This document shows positions 37,891-51,560 of a stretch of DNA of 64,000 bases, in pieces. The translations under genes were made by a program, and so were the position numbers. The stretch is from contig NC_086097.1 of NCBI RefSeq assembly GCF_963921235.1, forward strand, positions 106,084,001-106,148,000, given 5' to 3'. Numbering within the stretch: the first letter of the stretch is position 1; the number at the start of each line of letters is the position of its first letter. This DNA is from Mobula hypostoma. Lineage: Eukaryota. The notes under the pieces are model-generated. The model saw only the letters and a list, made by a program, of their open reading frames with translations. It was not told the DNA's origin and ran no database searches.

Positions 37891-39615
37891 CTGGAAAAGT
37901 GTGTATGGAACCGGAGGAGATAGCAGAGGTACTTAATGAGTACTTTGCTTCAGTATATACTACAGAAAAGGATCTTGGCAATAGTAGGGATGACTTGCAG
38001 GGGACTGAAAAGCTTGAGCATGTAGATATTAAGAAAGAGGATGTGTAGGAGCTTTTGGAAAGCATCAAGTTGGATAAGTCACTGGGACCAGATGAGATAT
38101 ACCTCAGGCTACTGTCGGAGGCTAGGGAGGAGATTGCTGAGCCTCTGGCAATGATCTTTGCATCATCAATGGGGGTGGGAGAGGTTCCAGAGGATTGAAG
38201 GGTTGTGGATGCTGTTCCATTATTCAAGAAAGGGAGTAGACATACCCAAGAAATTATAGAACAGTGAGTCTTACTTCAGTGGTTGGTAAGTTGATGGAGA
38301 AAATCCTGAGAGGAACGATTTATGAAAATTTGGAGAGGTACAATATGATTAGGAATAGTCAGCATGGCTTTGTGAAAGGCAGGTCATGCCTTACGAGCCT
38401 GATTTGAATTTTTTGAGGATGTGACTGAACACATTGATGAGGGTACAGCAGTAGATGTAGTGTATATCGATTTCAGTAAGGCATTTGACAAGGTACCCCA
38501 TGCAAGACTTATTGAGAAAGTAAGGAAGCATGAGATCCAAGGGACATTGCTTTGTGGATCCAGAACTGGCTTGCCCACAGGAGGCAAAGTGTTCTTGTAG
38601 ACTGATCATATTCTGCATGAAGGTGTGCCTCAGGGATCTGTTCTGTGACCCCTTCTGTTCGTGATTTTTATAAATAACCTGGATGAAGAAGTGGAGGGAT
38701 GGGTTAGTAAATTTGCTGATGACACAACGGTTAGAGGTGTTGTGGATATTGTGGAGGGCTGTCAGAGGTTACAGTGGGACATTGATAGGATGCAAAAATG
38801 GGCTGAGAAGTGGCAGATGGAGTTCAGCCCAGATAAGTGTGAGGTGGTTTATTTTGGTAGGTCAAATATGATGACAGAATATAGTATTAATGGTAAGACT
38901 ACTGACAGGGTGGAGGATCAGAGGGATCTTGGGGTCCGAGTCCATAGGACACTCAAGGCTGCAGCGCAGGTTGACTCTGTGGTTAAGAAGGCATATGGTG
39001 CATTGGCCTTCATCAATCGTGGGATTGAGTTTAGGAGTCGAGAGGTAATGTTGCAGCTATATAGGACCCTGGTCAGACCCCACTTGGAGTACTGTGTTCA
39101 TTTCTGGTCACATCACTATAGGAAGGATGTGGAAACCATAGAAAGAGTGCAGAGGAGATTTACAAGGATGTTGCCTGGATTGGCGAGCAAGTCCTATGAG
39201 AATAGGTTGAGTGAACTCGGCCTTTTTTCCTTGGAGCAATGGAGGATGAGAGGTGACCTGGTAGAGGTGTATAAGATGATGAGAGGCATTGATTGTGTGG
39301 ATAGTCAGAGGCTTTTTTCCAGTGCTGAAATAGCTAGCACAAGAGGGCACAGTTTAAGGTGCTTGGAAGTAGGTACAGAGGAGGTATCAAGGGTAAGTTT
39401 TTTTACGCAGTGATGAGTGCGTGGAATGGGCTGCCAACGACGGTGGTGAAGGCAGATACGATAGGGTCTTTTAAGAGACTCCTGGACAGGTACATGGAGA
39501 ATAGAAAAATAGAGGGCTATAGGTAACCCTAGATAATTTCTCAGGTAAGGACATGTTTGGTACAGTTTTGTGGACCGAAGGGCCTATATCATGCCGTAGG
39601 TTTTCTTCAATGTTT
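37891..39615 (+). mobile_element. 5'-truncated CR1 of a second subfamily
   Basis: ORF 38661-39413 (FADD, LVRPHLEY); same subfamily as 15780-17378; TSD CTAA. Confidence 0.93.
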
Positions 39616-40668
39616 CTAAGATGCAGGAGGCAAGTACCTGGGTGACTTTCAGGAAAGGGAAAGGTAAAATGTACCACTTTATGTAGATACTGTTGGGGGG
39701 AGGGGGAGCGACCTAACAGGGAGAAGCCATAACGAACAGGTCTCTGATACTGAGACTGGATCTGTGGCTCAGAAGGGGTGGGGGGAGTGGAAGAAGAGAC
39801 AAGATATAGTGATAAGGGTTTCATTGGTTAGGGGAACAGAAAGGAGGTTCTGTGAATGTGAATGAGATTTCCAGATAGCTTGTGCCAGAGTGAGGAATAT
39901 CTCAGTTGGTGTCCATAGTATACTTAAATGGAAAGGTGAGCAGCCAGAGGTTGTGGTCCATGTTGGTCCATGGGTAGGAAGGGTGACAAGGTCCTGCAAA
40001 ATGAGTTCAGGGAGTTAGGTGCTAAGTTAAAGGACAGGACCTCCAAGGTTGTGATCTCAGAATTGCTACCCATGCCACGTGCTACTGAGGCCAGAAATAA
40101 GAAGATCATACAGATAGCACATGGCTAAGGAGTTGGGCAGGAGGGAGTGCTTCATATTTTTGGATCATTGGGCTCTCTTCCATAGAAGGGATGGAACAGA
40201 AGGGATGGTTTATACCTGAACTGGAGAGAGACTAGTATCCCAGTGGGGAAACTTGCTAGTACTCCACGGGGGGTGGGGGGTGTTTAGAGTTGCAGGGACT
40301 GGGAACAAGAGCACCAGAACAGATAGTGGCGTCATTGTGGAGATAGATGTTGTTAAACCTACATGCAAAGTGAGCAATGAAAAGGTTGTGCAAGGTTCTG
40401 AGTTGCGTATTTTTCAAAGTAACTACTGTAGAAACAACGGACGAGCTGAGGGCATTGATCAGCACACGGAATTATGGCGTTGTAGCCATTAGTGAGACTT
40501 AGTTGCAGGAGGGACAGGATTGGCAGCTGAACATTCCAGATCTGCTGTTGTTTTAAAAGTGACAGAGCAGAAGGGATTAAAGGGGGAGGGATGACATTAC
40601 TATTCAGGGAAAATGTCACAGTAGTGCTCAGTCAGGACAGACTGGAGAGCTCATCTAGTGAGGCTTTA

Positions 40669-41792
40669 TAGAAACACAGAAAACCTACAGCACAATACCG
40701 GCCCTTCAGCCCACAAAGCTGTGCCGAACATGTCCTTACCTGAGACATTAACTAGGGTTACCCATAGCCCTCTATTTTTCTGAGCTCTATATACCTGTCC
40801 AGGAGTCTCTTAAAAGATCCTATCGTATCTGCCTTCACCACTGTCGCCAGCAGCCCATTCCATGCACTCTTCCATTCTCCATGCAGAATATGACCCATTT
40901 ACAACCATTCTTTGCCTTCTTTGGGCAAGCCAGTTCTGGATCCACAAAGCAATTTCCCCTTGGATCCCATGCCTCCTTACTTTCTCAATAAGCCTTGTAT
41001 GGGATATCTTGTCAAATGCCTTGCTGAAATCTATATACACTACATCTACTGCTCTACCATCATCAACGTGTTTAGTCACATCCTCAAAAAATTCAATCAG
41101 GCTCATAAGGTATGACCTGCCTTTGACAAAGCCATGTTGACTATTCCAAATCATGTTATGTTTCTCCAAATGTTCATACATCCTGCCTCTGAGGCTCTTT
41201 TCCATCAACTTACCAACCACCGAAGTAAGACTCACCGGTCTATAATTTCCTGGGCTATATCTAATCCCGTTCTTGAATAAGGGAACGACATCCGCAACCC
41301 TCCAATCCTCTGGAACCTCTTCCGTCCCCAGTGATGATGGAAAGATCATTGCCAGAGGCTCAGCAATCTCCTCCATCACCTCCCATAGTACCCTGGGGTA
41401 CATCTTGTCTAGTCCTGGTGACTTATCCAACTTGATGCTTTCCAAAAGCTCCTACATATCCTCTTTCTTAATATCTACATGCTCAAGCTTTTCAGTCCAC
41501 TGTAAGTCAACCCTACTATTGCCAAGATCCTTTTTCGTAGTGAATACTGAAGCAAAGTACTCATTAAGTACCTCTGCTATCTCCTCCAGTTCCATACACA
41601 CTTTTCCACTGTCACACTTGATTGCTCCTATTCTCTCACATCTTATCCTCTTGCTCTTCACATACTTGTAAAATCCCTTGGGCTTTCCCTTAATCCTGTC
41701 CGCCAAGGCCTTCTCATGGCCCCTTCTGGCTCTCCTAATTTCTTTCTTGAGCTCCTTCCTGCTAGCCTTATAATCTTCTAGCTCTCTATTGG
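40669..41792 (-). mobile_element. Internally deleted CR1 inserted antisense to the host CR1
   Basis: ORFs 41452-41811 and 40810-41445 jump from SYSAWR directly into the 3' end. Confidence 0.9.
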
Positions 41793-42365
41793 ATAGGAAA
41801 GAGTTTGTCAAATGCGTTCAGGAACATTTCCTTAATCGGTGCATAGAAGTCCCAACTAGAGAGAGGGTGATACGAGATCTCCTATTGGGAGGTGACAGAA
41901 GTTTGTACAGGTGAATACTTTGCGTCTAGTGATCTATAATGTAATAATGGAAAAAGATAGCTCTGGTCCTCGGACTGAGATTCTAAATTGGAGAAAGGCT
42001 AATTTTGATGGTCTCAGAAAGGATCTGTCAAGTGTGGATTGGGAAAGGTTGTTTTCTGTAAAAGGTGTTCTTTGTAAATGGGAGGCCTTCAAACGTGAAG
42101 TTTTGAGAGTACAGAGTTTGTCTGTTCCTGTTGGAGTAGAAGGCAAGGGCTTTATGGAATGTTAGTTCTTGAGAGAAATTGAGGCCTAGGTGAAGAAAAA
42201 GAACATGCAGGTAGGAACAAATGAAGAGTATAAGAAATGCAAGAGAACTCTTAGGACGAAAATCAGGAGGGTTAAAAGAAGGCATAAAGTTGCTCTAGCA
42301 GACAAGGAGAATCCTAAGGGCTTCTACAGATATATTAAGAGCAAAAGGATAACAATGAATAAATT

Positions 42366-42589
42366 CACACAAAGAGTGATGAGTGTGTGGAATGTACTGC
42401 CAGCGAAGGTGGTGGAGGCAACTACAATAGGGTCTTATAAGAGACTCTTGGATAAGTACATGGAGCTTAGCAAAATAGAGGGCTATGCGATAGGGAAATT
42501 CCAGGCAGCTTCTAGAGTAGGTTACATGGTTGGCATAGCATTGTGGGCCGAAGAGCCTATAACGTGCTTTAAGTGTCTATGTTTCTATG
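42366..42589 (+). mobile_element. Short CR1 3' fragment
   Basis: TQRVMSVWNVLP coding remnant, TCTATGTTTCTATG tail, TSD TAAATT (42360-42365, 42590-42595). Confidence 0.88.
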
Positions 42590-43071
42590 TAAATTGGTCC
42601 TCTGGAAAATCAGAATGGTGATCTATGTAAAGAGCCAATTGAGATGGAGGAGGTTTAAGTGGACTTTTTTGCATCTACAACGTTTGTATATTTATTCCAG
42701 AGATGGATATAAATTCTATAGAAATGAGGCAAAGCAGCAGCGAGCTCATGGACCCTATACAGCTTACAGAGGAGGAGGAGTTTGCTGTCTGAAGGAAAAT
42801 TAGGGTGGATAAATCTCCGGAGTGTGACAAGATGTGCCTTTGGACCCTGTGGGAGATGAGTACCAAAATTGAAGGGGCTCTAGCAGAGATATTTAAAACA
42901 TCCTTAGCCATGGGTGATAAGTCAGAGGATTGGACGATAGCTAATGTTGTTCTGTTATTTAAGAAAGGCTCTAAGAATAAGCCAGGAAATCATAGTCATG
43001 TCAGTGAGCCTGACATTAGTAGTGGGAAAGTAATTGGAAGGTATTTAAGTGGACAGGATATATGAGTACTT

Positions 43072-43305
43072 GGACAGTCGGGGACTGATCAGGGACAGAC
43101 AGGGGACCGATCAGGGACAGTCGGGGACTGATTAGGGACAGACAGGGGACTGATCAGGGACAGTCGGGGACTGATTAGGGACAGACAGGGGACTGATCAG
43201 GGACAGATAGGGGACAGACAGGGGACCGATCAGGGACAGTCAGGGACTGATTAGGGAATAGTCTGGGACTGAGTAGGGATAGTTGGGACTGATTAGGGAT
43301 AGTCA
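43072..43305. repeat. G-rich minisatellite (~19-22-bp unit GGGACTGATYAGGGACAG(AC/TC)) inside CR1 ORF2
   Basis: About 11 imperfect tandem copies. Confidence 0.9.
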
Positions 43306-44759
43306 GTATGGCATTGTGTGTGGTAGGTCATGCCTAACCAGTTTTCTGAGAAAGTTACCAGGAATGTTGATAAAGGCAAGGTAGTGGATATGTCTACATG
43401 GACTTTAGTAAAGCCTTTGACAAGGTCCCGCATGGGAAGTCTGTTAAGAAGTTTCTATCGCTTGGCATTCAAGATGAGGTAGTAAATCGGATTAGACAGT
43501 GGACATTTGGAAGAAGCCACAGAGTGGTAGTGGAGGGTTGCCTCTCTGACTGGAAGACTGTGACTTGTGGTGTGCCACAGGGATCAGTGCTGGGTCCACT
43601 GTTGTTTGTCATCTATATCAATGACCTGGATGATAATGTGTTAAACTCGATCAGCAAATTTGCGGACAACATCAAGATTGAGGGTATAGTGGATAGTGAG
43701 GAAGATGATCAAAACTTGCAGTGGGATTTGAACCAGCAGGAAAAATAGGCTGAGAAATGGCAGATGGAATTCAATGCTGACAAGTGTGAGGTGTTGCACT
43801 TTAGGAAGACCAACCAGGGTAGGTCTTACACTGAGTGATAGGGCACTGAGGAGTGTGGTAGAACAAAGGGATCTGGGAATACAGATCCATAATTCTTTGA
43901 AAGTGACGTCACAGGTAGATAGGGTTGTAAAGCATGCTTTTGGCAAATTGGCCGTCATAAATCAATGTATTGAGTACAGAAGTTGGGATGTATGTGGAAA
44001 TTGTATAAGACATTGGTGAGGCCTAATTTGGAATATTGTGTGGAGTTTTGGTCATCTACCTACAAGAAGGATGTAAGTAAGATTGAAAGAATGCAGAGAA
44101 AATTTACAAGGATGTTTGTTGCCAGGACTTGAGGATCTGAGTTATAGGTAAAGGTTGAATAGTTTAGGACTTTATTTCATAGAACCCAAAAGAATAAAGA
44201 AAGATTTGAAAATTATAGATAGGCTAAATGCAAGCAGGTTTTTTCCACTGAGTTTGGGTGAGACTACAACGAGAGGTTATGGGTTAAGGGTGAAAGGTGA
44301 AATATTTAAGCAGGACATGAGGGGAAACTTCTTCACTGAGAGGGTGGTGAGAGCGTGGAATGAATTGCCAGCACAAGTCACGGGTGGTGGGGTCAATTTC
44401 AACACTTCAGAGAAATTTGGATAGGTTCATGGATGAGAGGGGTATGAAGGGCTACGGTCTGGGTGCAGGTTGATGGGACTAGGCAGATTAATGGTTCAGC
44501 ACAAACTAGATGGGCCAAAGGGCCTGTTTATGCGCTATAGTGTTCTATGACTATGATGAAAATTGCACAAAAATGCCTACAGAGAATTTTGATCATAAAG
44601 AGAATTACATCTTTCTGCTTTGCATTATTTTCTGCGAGAACTGCTCAATTTGTCAGGTGCTTTTTTGTAAGGTAAAATGCAGAGGTTTGTAAAATCATAT
44701 AATCTATAACACATTCTTATCATACATACATAACTAACAAAGTGTTTGTTTTTTCTTTT

Positions 44760-46715
44760 CACTCAAGGGACATGAGCTTTGCAGGCATTTAATTGTCCAC
44801 CCCTAAAACTGCCCTTGAGAAGGTGGCTGCAGCCTTCTGGAATTGGTGCAGTTTTTGACATGTGGGGATATCCGTAATGCTGTCAGGGAGGGAGTTGCAG
44901 CATTTTGACCCAGCAATGGAAAAGGAAAGGTGATACACAGTCATTCCAAGTCAGGATGGTGTATGGCTTCAAAGGTGACCTCCAGGAAGTGGTGTGCCCA
45001 TGCTTTTGTGCCCTTATCCTTTGAGCTGGTAGAGGCCATGAGTTTCAAATATTCTGCCTATGGTGAGTTAGAGTATAAGATGCAGAAGCAGATTTAGGCC
45101 ATTCAGCCAGTCAAGTCTATTCTGTTATTTCATCATGGCTGAAATATTATCCCTTTCAACCCCATTCTCTTACCTTCTCCCTGTAACATTTGACACTCTG
45201 ACTAGTCAAGAACCTATCAATCTCTGTTTTAAATACACCCAGTGACTGGCTCCACAGCTGTCTGTGGCAACAAATTCCACAGATTCACCACCCTAATGAA
45301 ATTCCACCTCATCCCAGTTCCAAAAGGATCTCTTTGTATTCTGAGGCTGTACTCCTAGACTCGCTCACTATAGGAAGCATCCTCTCCATCTATCGAGGCA
45401 CTTCAATATTTGATAGGTTTCAATGAGATCCCCCTCGCATTTTCCTAAATTCCAGTGAGTACAGGCCCAGAGCCATCAAACAGATACTACGGTGCATTCT
45501 GTAGATGGTACAATCTGCTGCCATTTTTGCTGGTAGTAGGGTGAATGAATGCTTGTAGATGTTCTGCAGTAATAGGGTGAGTGAATGCTTGTGGACGTTC
45601 TGCTTGCTGGTTGTTGGGTGAGTGAATGCTTGTGGACGTTCTGCTGGTTGTCGGGTGAGTGAATGCTTGTGGATGTTCCTCTGGTTGTCAGGTGAGTGAA
45701 TGCCTGTGGATGGAGTGCCTTTCAGGCAGGCTGCTGTGTTCTAGGGTATTGAGCTTCTGGAATATCGCCAAAACTGCTGAATTGTCTTGTAGGTAGTGGA
45801 CAGGCTTTGGAGGTGAATTAGGAGGTGAGTTACTCACCACAGGATTCTTGTCTCTGACTTGCTCTTATTGCTAGATTGTCTACTCAAGTTCAGTTTCCAG
45901 TCACTGATAACAGGCAATCGATAGTTGGGGATTCAGTGATGGAAGAATGTGGAAGTGTTAGGGAGGGTGCAGAGGAGATTTACCAAGGTGCTGCCTCAAT
46001 TAGAGAGCATGTCTCAAAAGGATAGATTGAGTGAGGTAGGGCTTTTCTCTTTGGAGCGAAGGAGGATGAGAGGTGTACAAGATGATAAGAAGCATAGATT
46101 GTGGACAGTCAGAGACTAGTTCCCAGGGCAGAAATGGCTAATATATTTTTAAAATGATAGGAGGAAAGTATGGGGGGGGGGAGGGCATCAGAATTAAGTT
46201 TATTTTACACACAGAGTGTTGAGTGTATGGAATGCACTGCCAGGGATTGTGATAGATGCAGATACAACAGGGACATTTAAGAGGCCCTTAGATAGGCATA
46301 TGGATGATTGAAAAAGGGAGGATTATGTAGGAGGGAAGTGCTAGATTGATCTTGGGGTAGGTTGAAAGGTCAGCAGAACACTGTGGGCCAAAGGGCCTGT
46401 ACTGTGCTATAATGTTTTATGCTCTACAAATGTTCCACAGAATATCAGGGATAATAGCTGTGTTTCCTCTTATTGGATATTATATTGCCAGGCATTTGTA
46501 TGTTGAATGTTACTTGGCATCAGTCAGACCAGGCTGGGGTACTGTGGGTAACTTGCTGCATTTGAATGTGGGCTGCTTCATGTTATGAGGAGCTGTGAAG
46601 ATGCTGAACATTGTGTTATCATCAGGGAACATCTCTACTTTGAACCTTATGACTGAAGGAAAGACACTGATGAAGCATATGAAGATGGTTGGGCTTAAAA
46701 CATTACCCTGAGAAA
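44760..46715 (-). mobile_element. Old CR1/L2-group LINE with nested CR1 3' fragments (~45075-45480 minus, ~45940-46430 plus)
   Basis: SQGNVLSPTIF...MFPDDNT RT remnant in ORF 46510-46824; the nested pieces carry CR1 C-terminal motifs and 3' UTRs. Confidence 0.65.
45538..45712. repeat. Minisatellite (~37-bp unit GGGTGAGTGAATGCTTGTGGACGTTCTGCTGGTTGTC)
   Basis: Five imperfect tandem copies. Confidence 0.88.
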
Positions 46716-47286
46716 ACCGCGCAGGGATATCCTGTGAGGAATCCTGGCTGCCGTGAGGAATGCCTGCAGAGTTATCCGTCAAGATAAATGGTGAAAAATC
46801 ACAAATATAAACTTGTTCTAACATAGGAGAACAGATGGGGTTTGTGATTTGTATTGATTAGGCCAGTTTAATTAGCATTAATTCATGCCTTATGTTATTT
46901 TATTAAAGCCAATCTGTGCTGAAGTTTTTCAGTTTTATTGCCCAAGTGCTTAGTGTTAGGGCAAAGGAAATAACTCTTGTTTGGGTACCTACACAGAGCT
47001 AACATCAGTTAGTTTGTTCATCTAAGAATGAGCCGTTTGATTTTTCTGCAATCTGGAAATTCATGAGCCTTTTACCAAACTATTGGGTCAAGAGTACACG
47101 TTTTCTTATCCATAATTTTAATGTGAAAATACAAAAATAACTATTCCATTTTAAATCATCCTTTTTTTGACCTGAGACTGTTCTTCTCCCTACATTTTAT
47201 CTTTAATAGTTTAAAACTATTTTCTGGTTTTTAACATGTGCCCAGAAGTCAGCTGCAATAACAGAGAGTACAAAATAGAATCTTAC

Positions 47287-47493
47287 TGTTGACGATTGCA
47301 GTAGGTAAAATGGATGCCATGGCTGCTTGTTGAGGGAGCAGCTGTATGGTATCCAGGAGGCGTGCTGGATACATGCCCTCTGTGATAGCCATTTGGCTGA
47401 CAGCTTGCAGCCTTGAGTCAAATTCCACAGCAAATGCAACCAGCTCCTCTCCTTCCAGAAGCATTTTTGTCATTGTGCACCAAAGCTGCCCAC
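47287..47493 (-). CDS. ZFPM2: ZFPM2/FOG-2 internal coding exon (207 nt; third-from-last exon, equivalent to human exon 6), end of PR/SET-like region
   Basis: Translates [69 protein letters not shown], recognisably FOG-2. Acceptor ttttctttttgtccag|GT and donor CA|gtaaga; phase 1-1. Confidence 0.96.
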
Positions 47494-47595
47494 CTGGACA
47501 AAAAGAAAAGGGAAACAGTTTTAAGGCTTGGCTGAAAGTTTCGTGTCTTACAAAAGCAATCTGATCTTTAATTATAACATGTAGGCCAAGTTCTC

Positions 47596-47968
47596 TTCTA
47601 GCTGCTGCCATCGGGAAGGAGGTACAGAAGCCTTAGGTCCCACACCACCAGGTTCAAGAACAGTTATAACCTTTCAACCTTCAGGTTCCTGAACCAGCGT
47701 GGATAACTTCCCAACACTGAACTGATTCCATAGTCTATGGACTCACTTGCAGGGACTCTACAACGCCATATTATATATTTACCATTTATTTATTATTATT
47801 AGTATCATTTTTTTTGTTTTTACACATTGGTTGTTTGTCAGTCTTTGTGTGTAGTTGTTGATTGTATTTCTTTGTTCTACTGTCATTGCCCACAAGAAAA
47901 TGAACCTCTGGGTAGTATATGGTGATATATGGTACGTAGTTTGATAATGTATTTATTTGAACTTTGAA
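47596..47968 (+). mobile_element. Rex1/Babar LINE 3' end, about 100 bp from the exon acceptor
   Basis: [23 protein letters not shown]-terminus plus tail TTTGATAATGTATTTATTTGAACTTTGAA. Confidence 0.8.
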
Positions 47969-48269
47969 GATCTTGATAAATTTGTTGCTATTAGAAAAGT
48001 AAAACATTACACCATTCTTCCAACCAATCTAGCTATGTTCCTATTCTCTCACACTTATATTGGTTTTCATTAAGACCATAAGACAGAGGAGCAGAATTAG
48101 GCCATTTGGCCCATCAAGTCCGTGAACAAAACAGTTTCAAATGCACTCAAGTAGAATATCTGATTTTAACTGTGATTCTGATCGGGGCAGTTCTGCTCTC
48201 TGTGTGGGCTTGATTTTGGTGATATTTTAAGTTGAGACAATAAAACTAACTTCTTCAGGTATATATAAA

Positions 48270-51200
48270 TAGAAACCATAGAAACTACAGCACAGAAACA
48301 GGCCTTTTGGCCCTTCTTGGCTGTGCCGAACCATTTTCTGCCTAGTCCCACTGACCTGCACACGGACCATATCCCTCCATACACCTCCCATCCATGTATC
48401 TGTCCAATTTATTCTTAAATGTTAAAAAAGAACCTACATTTACCACCTCGTCTGGCAGCTCATTCCACACTCCCACCACTCTCTGTGTGAAGAAGCCCCC
48501 CCTAATGTTCCCTTTAAACTTTTCCCCCCTCACCCTTAACCCATGTCCTCTGGTTTTTTTCTCCCCTTGCATCAGTGGAAAAAGCCTGCTTGCATTCACT
48601 CTATCTATACCCATCATAATTTTATATACCTCTATCAAATCTCCCCTCATTCTTCTACGCTCCAGGGAATAAAGTCCCAACCTATTCAACCTTTCTCTGT
48701 AACTGAGTTTCTCAAATCCCGGCAACATCCTTGTAAACCTTCTCTGCACTCTTTAAACCTTATTTATATCCTCCCTGTAATTTGGTGACCAAAACTGAAC
48801 ACAATACTCCAGATTCGGCCTCACCAATGCCTTATACAACCTCATCATAACATTCCAGCTCTTATACTCAATACTTTGATTAATAAAGGTCAATGTACCA
48901 AAAGCTCTCTTTACGACCCTATCTACCTGTGACGCCACTTTTAGGGAATTTTATATCTGTATTCCCAGATCCCTCTGTTCAACTGCATTCCCCAGTGCCT
49001 TACCATTAACCCTGTATGTTCTACCTTGGTTTGTCCTTCCAACGTGCAATACCTCACACTTGTCAGTATTAAACTCCATCTGCCATTTTTTAGCCGATTT
49101 TTCCAGCTAGTCCAAGTCCCTCTGCAGGCTCTGAAAACCTTCCTCACTGTCTACTACACCTCCAATCTTTGTATCATCAGCAAACTTGCTGATCCAATTT
49201 ACCACATTATCATCCAAATCATTGATATAGATGACAAATAACAATGGACCCAGCACTGATCCCTGTGGCACACCACTAGTCACAGGCCTCCACTCGGAGA
49301 AGCAATTCTCTACCACCACTCTCTGGCTTCTTCCATTGAGCCAATGTCTAATCCAATTTACCACCTCTCCATGTATACCTAGCGACTGAATTTTCCTAAC
49401 TAACCTCCCATGCGGGACCTTGTCAAAGGTCTTACTGAAGTCCATGTAGACAATATTCACTGCCTTCCCTTCATCCACTTTCCTAGTAACCTCCTCGAAA
49501 AACTCCAATAGATTGGTCAAACATGACCTACCACGCACAAAGCCATGTTAACTCTCCCTAATAAGTCCTAGTCTATCCAAATGCTTGTAGATTCTGTCTC
49601 TTAGTACTCCCTCCAATAACTTACCTACTACCGACGTTAAACTTACTGGCCTATAATTTCCCGGATTACTTTTCGATCCTTTTTTAAACAACGGAACAAC
49701 ATGAGCCACTCTCCAATCCTCCGGCACCTCACCTGTAGACAGCGACATTTTAAAGATTTCAGCCAGGGCCCCTGCAATTTCAACACTAGTCTCCTTCAAG
49801 GTCCGAGGGAACACTCTGTCAGGTCCCGGGGATTTATCCACTTTAATTTTCCTCAAGTCAGCAAGGACCTCCTCCTTTTCGATCTGTACAGTTTCCATGA
49901 TCTCACTACTTGTTTCCCTTAATTCCATAGACTTCATGCCAGTTTCCTTAGTAAACACAGACGCAAAAAACCTATTTAAGATCTCCCCCATTTCCTTTCG
50001 TTCCGCACATAGCCGACCACTCTGATCGTCAAGAGGACCAATTTTATCCCTTACAATTCTTTTGCTCTTAATATACCTGTAAAAGCTCTTTGGATTATCC
50101 TTCACTTTGACTGCCAAGGCAACCTCATGTCTTCTTTTAGCCCTCCTGATTTCTTTCTTAAGTATTTTCTTGCACTTCTTATACTCCTCAAGCACCTTAT
50201 TTACTCCCTGCTTCCTATACACGTCATACAACTCCCTCTTCTTCTTTATCAGAGTTGCAATATCCCTTGAGAACCAAGGTTCCTTATTCCTACTCACCTT
50301 GCCTTTAATCCTGACAGGAACATACAAATTCAGCCCTCTCAAAATTTCTGCTTTGAAGGCTTCCCACCTACCGATCACATCCATGCCAGAGAACAACCTG
50401 TCCCAATCCACGCTCTTTAGATCCTTTTTCGTTTCTTCAAATTTGGCCTTCTTCCAGTTAAGAACCTCAACCCTAGGACCAGATCTATCCTTGTCCATGA
50501 TCAAGTTGAAACTAATGGTGTTATGATCACTGGAACCAAAGTGCTCCCCTGCACAGACTTCTGTCACTTGTCCTAACTCGTTTCCTAACAGGAGATCCAA
50601 TATTGCATCCCCTCTAGTTGGTCCCTCTATATATTGATTTAGAAAACTTTCCTGAACACATTTTACAAACTCTAAACCATCTAGACCCCTAACAGTATGG
50701 GAGACCCAATCAATATATGGAAAATTAAAATCCCCTACCACCACAAATTTATGTTTCCTGCAGTTGCCTGCTATCTCTCTGCAGATTTGCACTTCCAATT
50801 CTCTTTGACTATTGGGTGGTCTGTAATACAATCCCACTAATGTGGCATACCTTTCCTGTTTCTCAGCTCCACCCAGAAGGACTCAGTAGACAAGCCCTCT
50901 AATCTGTCCTGCCTGAGCACTGCTGTAATATTTTCCCTAACAAGCAATGCCACTCCCCCACCTTTCATTCCTCTGCCTCGATCACATCTGAAACATCGGA
51001 ACCCTGGAATATTAAGCTGCCAGTCCTGCCCCTCCTGTAGCCAAGTTTCACTAATTGCTACAACGTCATAATTCCATGTGTCAATCCACGCCCTCAACTC
51101 ATCCGCCTTCCCCGCAATACTCCTAGCATTGAAATATATACACCTCAGAAGATTTTTACCACCACTCACAACCTTTCTATTAGTGCATTTGCTTGAACTT

Positions 51201-51560
51201 TTAACATCATTTATTTTCACCCCAGCCACACTATCAGCTCTGGTACTGTGGTTCCCATCCCCCTGCAAATCTAGTTTAAAGCCCCCCCCCAATAGCATTA
51301 ACAAACCTCCCTGAAAGGATATTGGTCCCCCTGTAGTTCAAGTGTAACCCGTCTCTCTTGTACAGGTCCCACCTGCCCCAGAAGAGGTCCCAATTATCCT
51401 GAAATCTGAAACCCTGCTCCCTACACCAGTTCCTCAGCCACTTGTTCATCCTCCAGAGCATCCTACCCTCACTGGCACGTAGCACAGGTAGCAATCCTGA
51501 GATTACCACCCTCGAGGTCCTGCTTTTCAACTTCCTACCAAGCTCTCTATACTCACTCTC
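48270..51560 (-). mobile_element. Long CR1 LINE: part of ORF1 (SGNH esterase, DGLHLN), APE and RT; few disablements
   Basis: ORFs 51276-51530, 50837-51304, 49548-50837, 49107-49538 (FADD), 48753-48938 and 48342-48749; tail TTTCTATGGTTTCTA. Confidence 0.95.

Larger units (their letters stand above)
35560..44553 (+). mobile_element. Old near full-length CR1 LINE (ORF1 zinc finger and SGNH esterase, ORF2 APE and RT) hosting four nested CR1 insertions
   Basis: ORF1 ATG at 35821 (CS..EMWE, ICSKC); SLVRGTERRFC at ~39820; APE remnants 40400-40665 and 41800-41950; RT 43398-43748; 3' tail TTCTATGACTATG. Confidence 0.85.

Noticed and set aside
43072..43305. Tandem repeats as a possible CRISPR array (also 33759-33902 and 45538-45712)
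   Set aside because: No unique spacers, no cas genes, and a vertebrate context; these are minisatellites.
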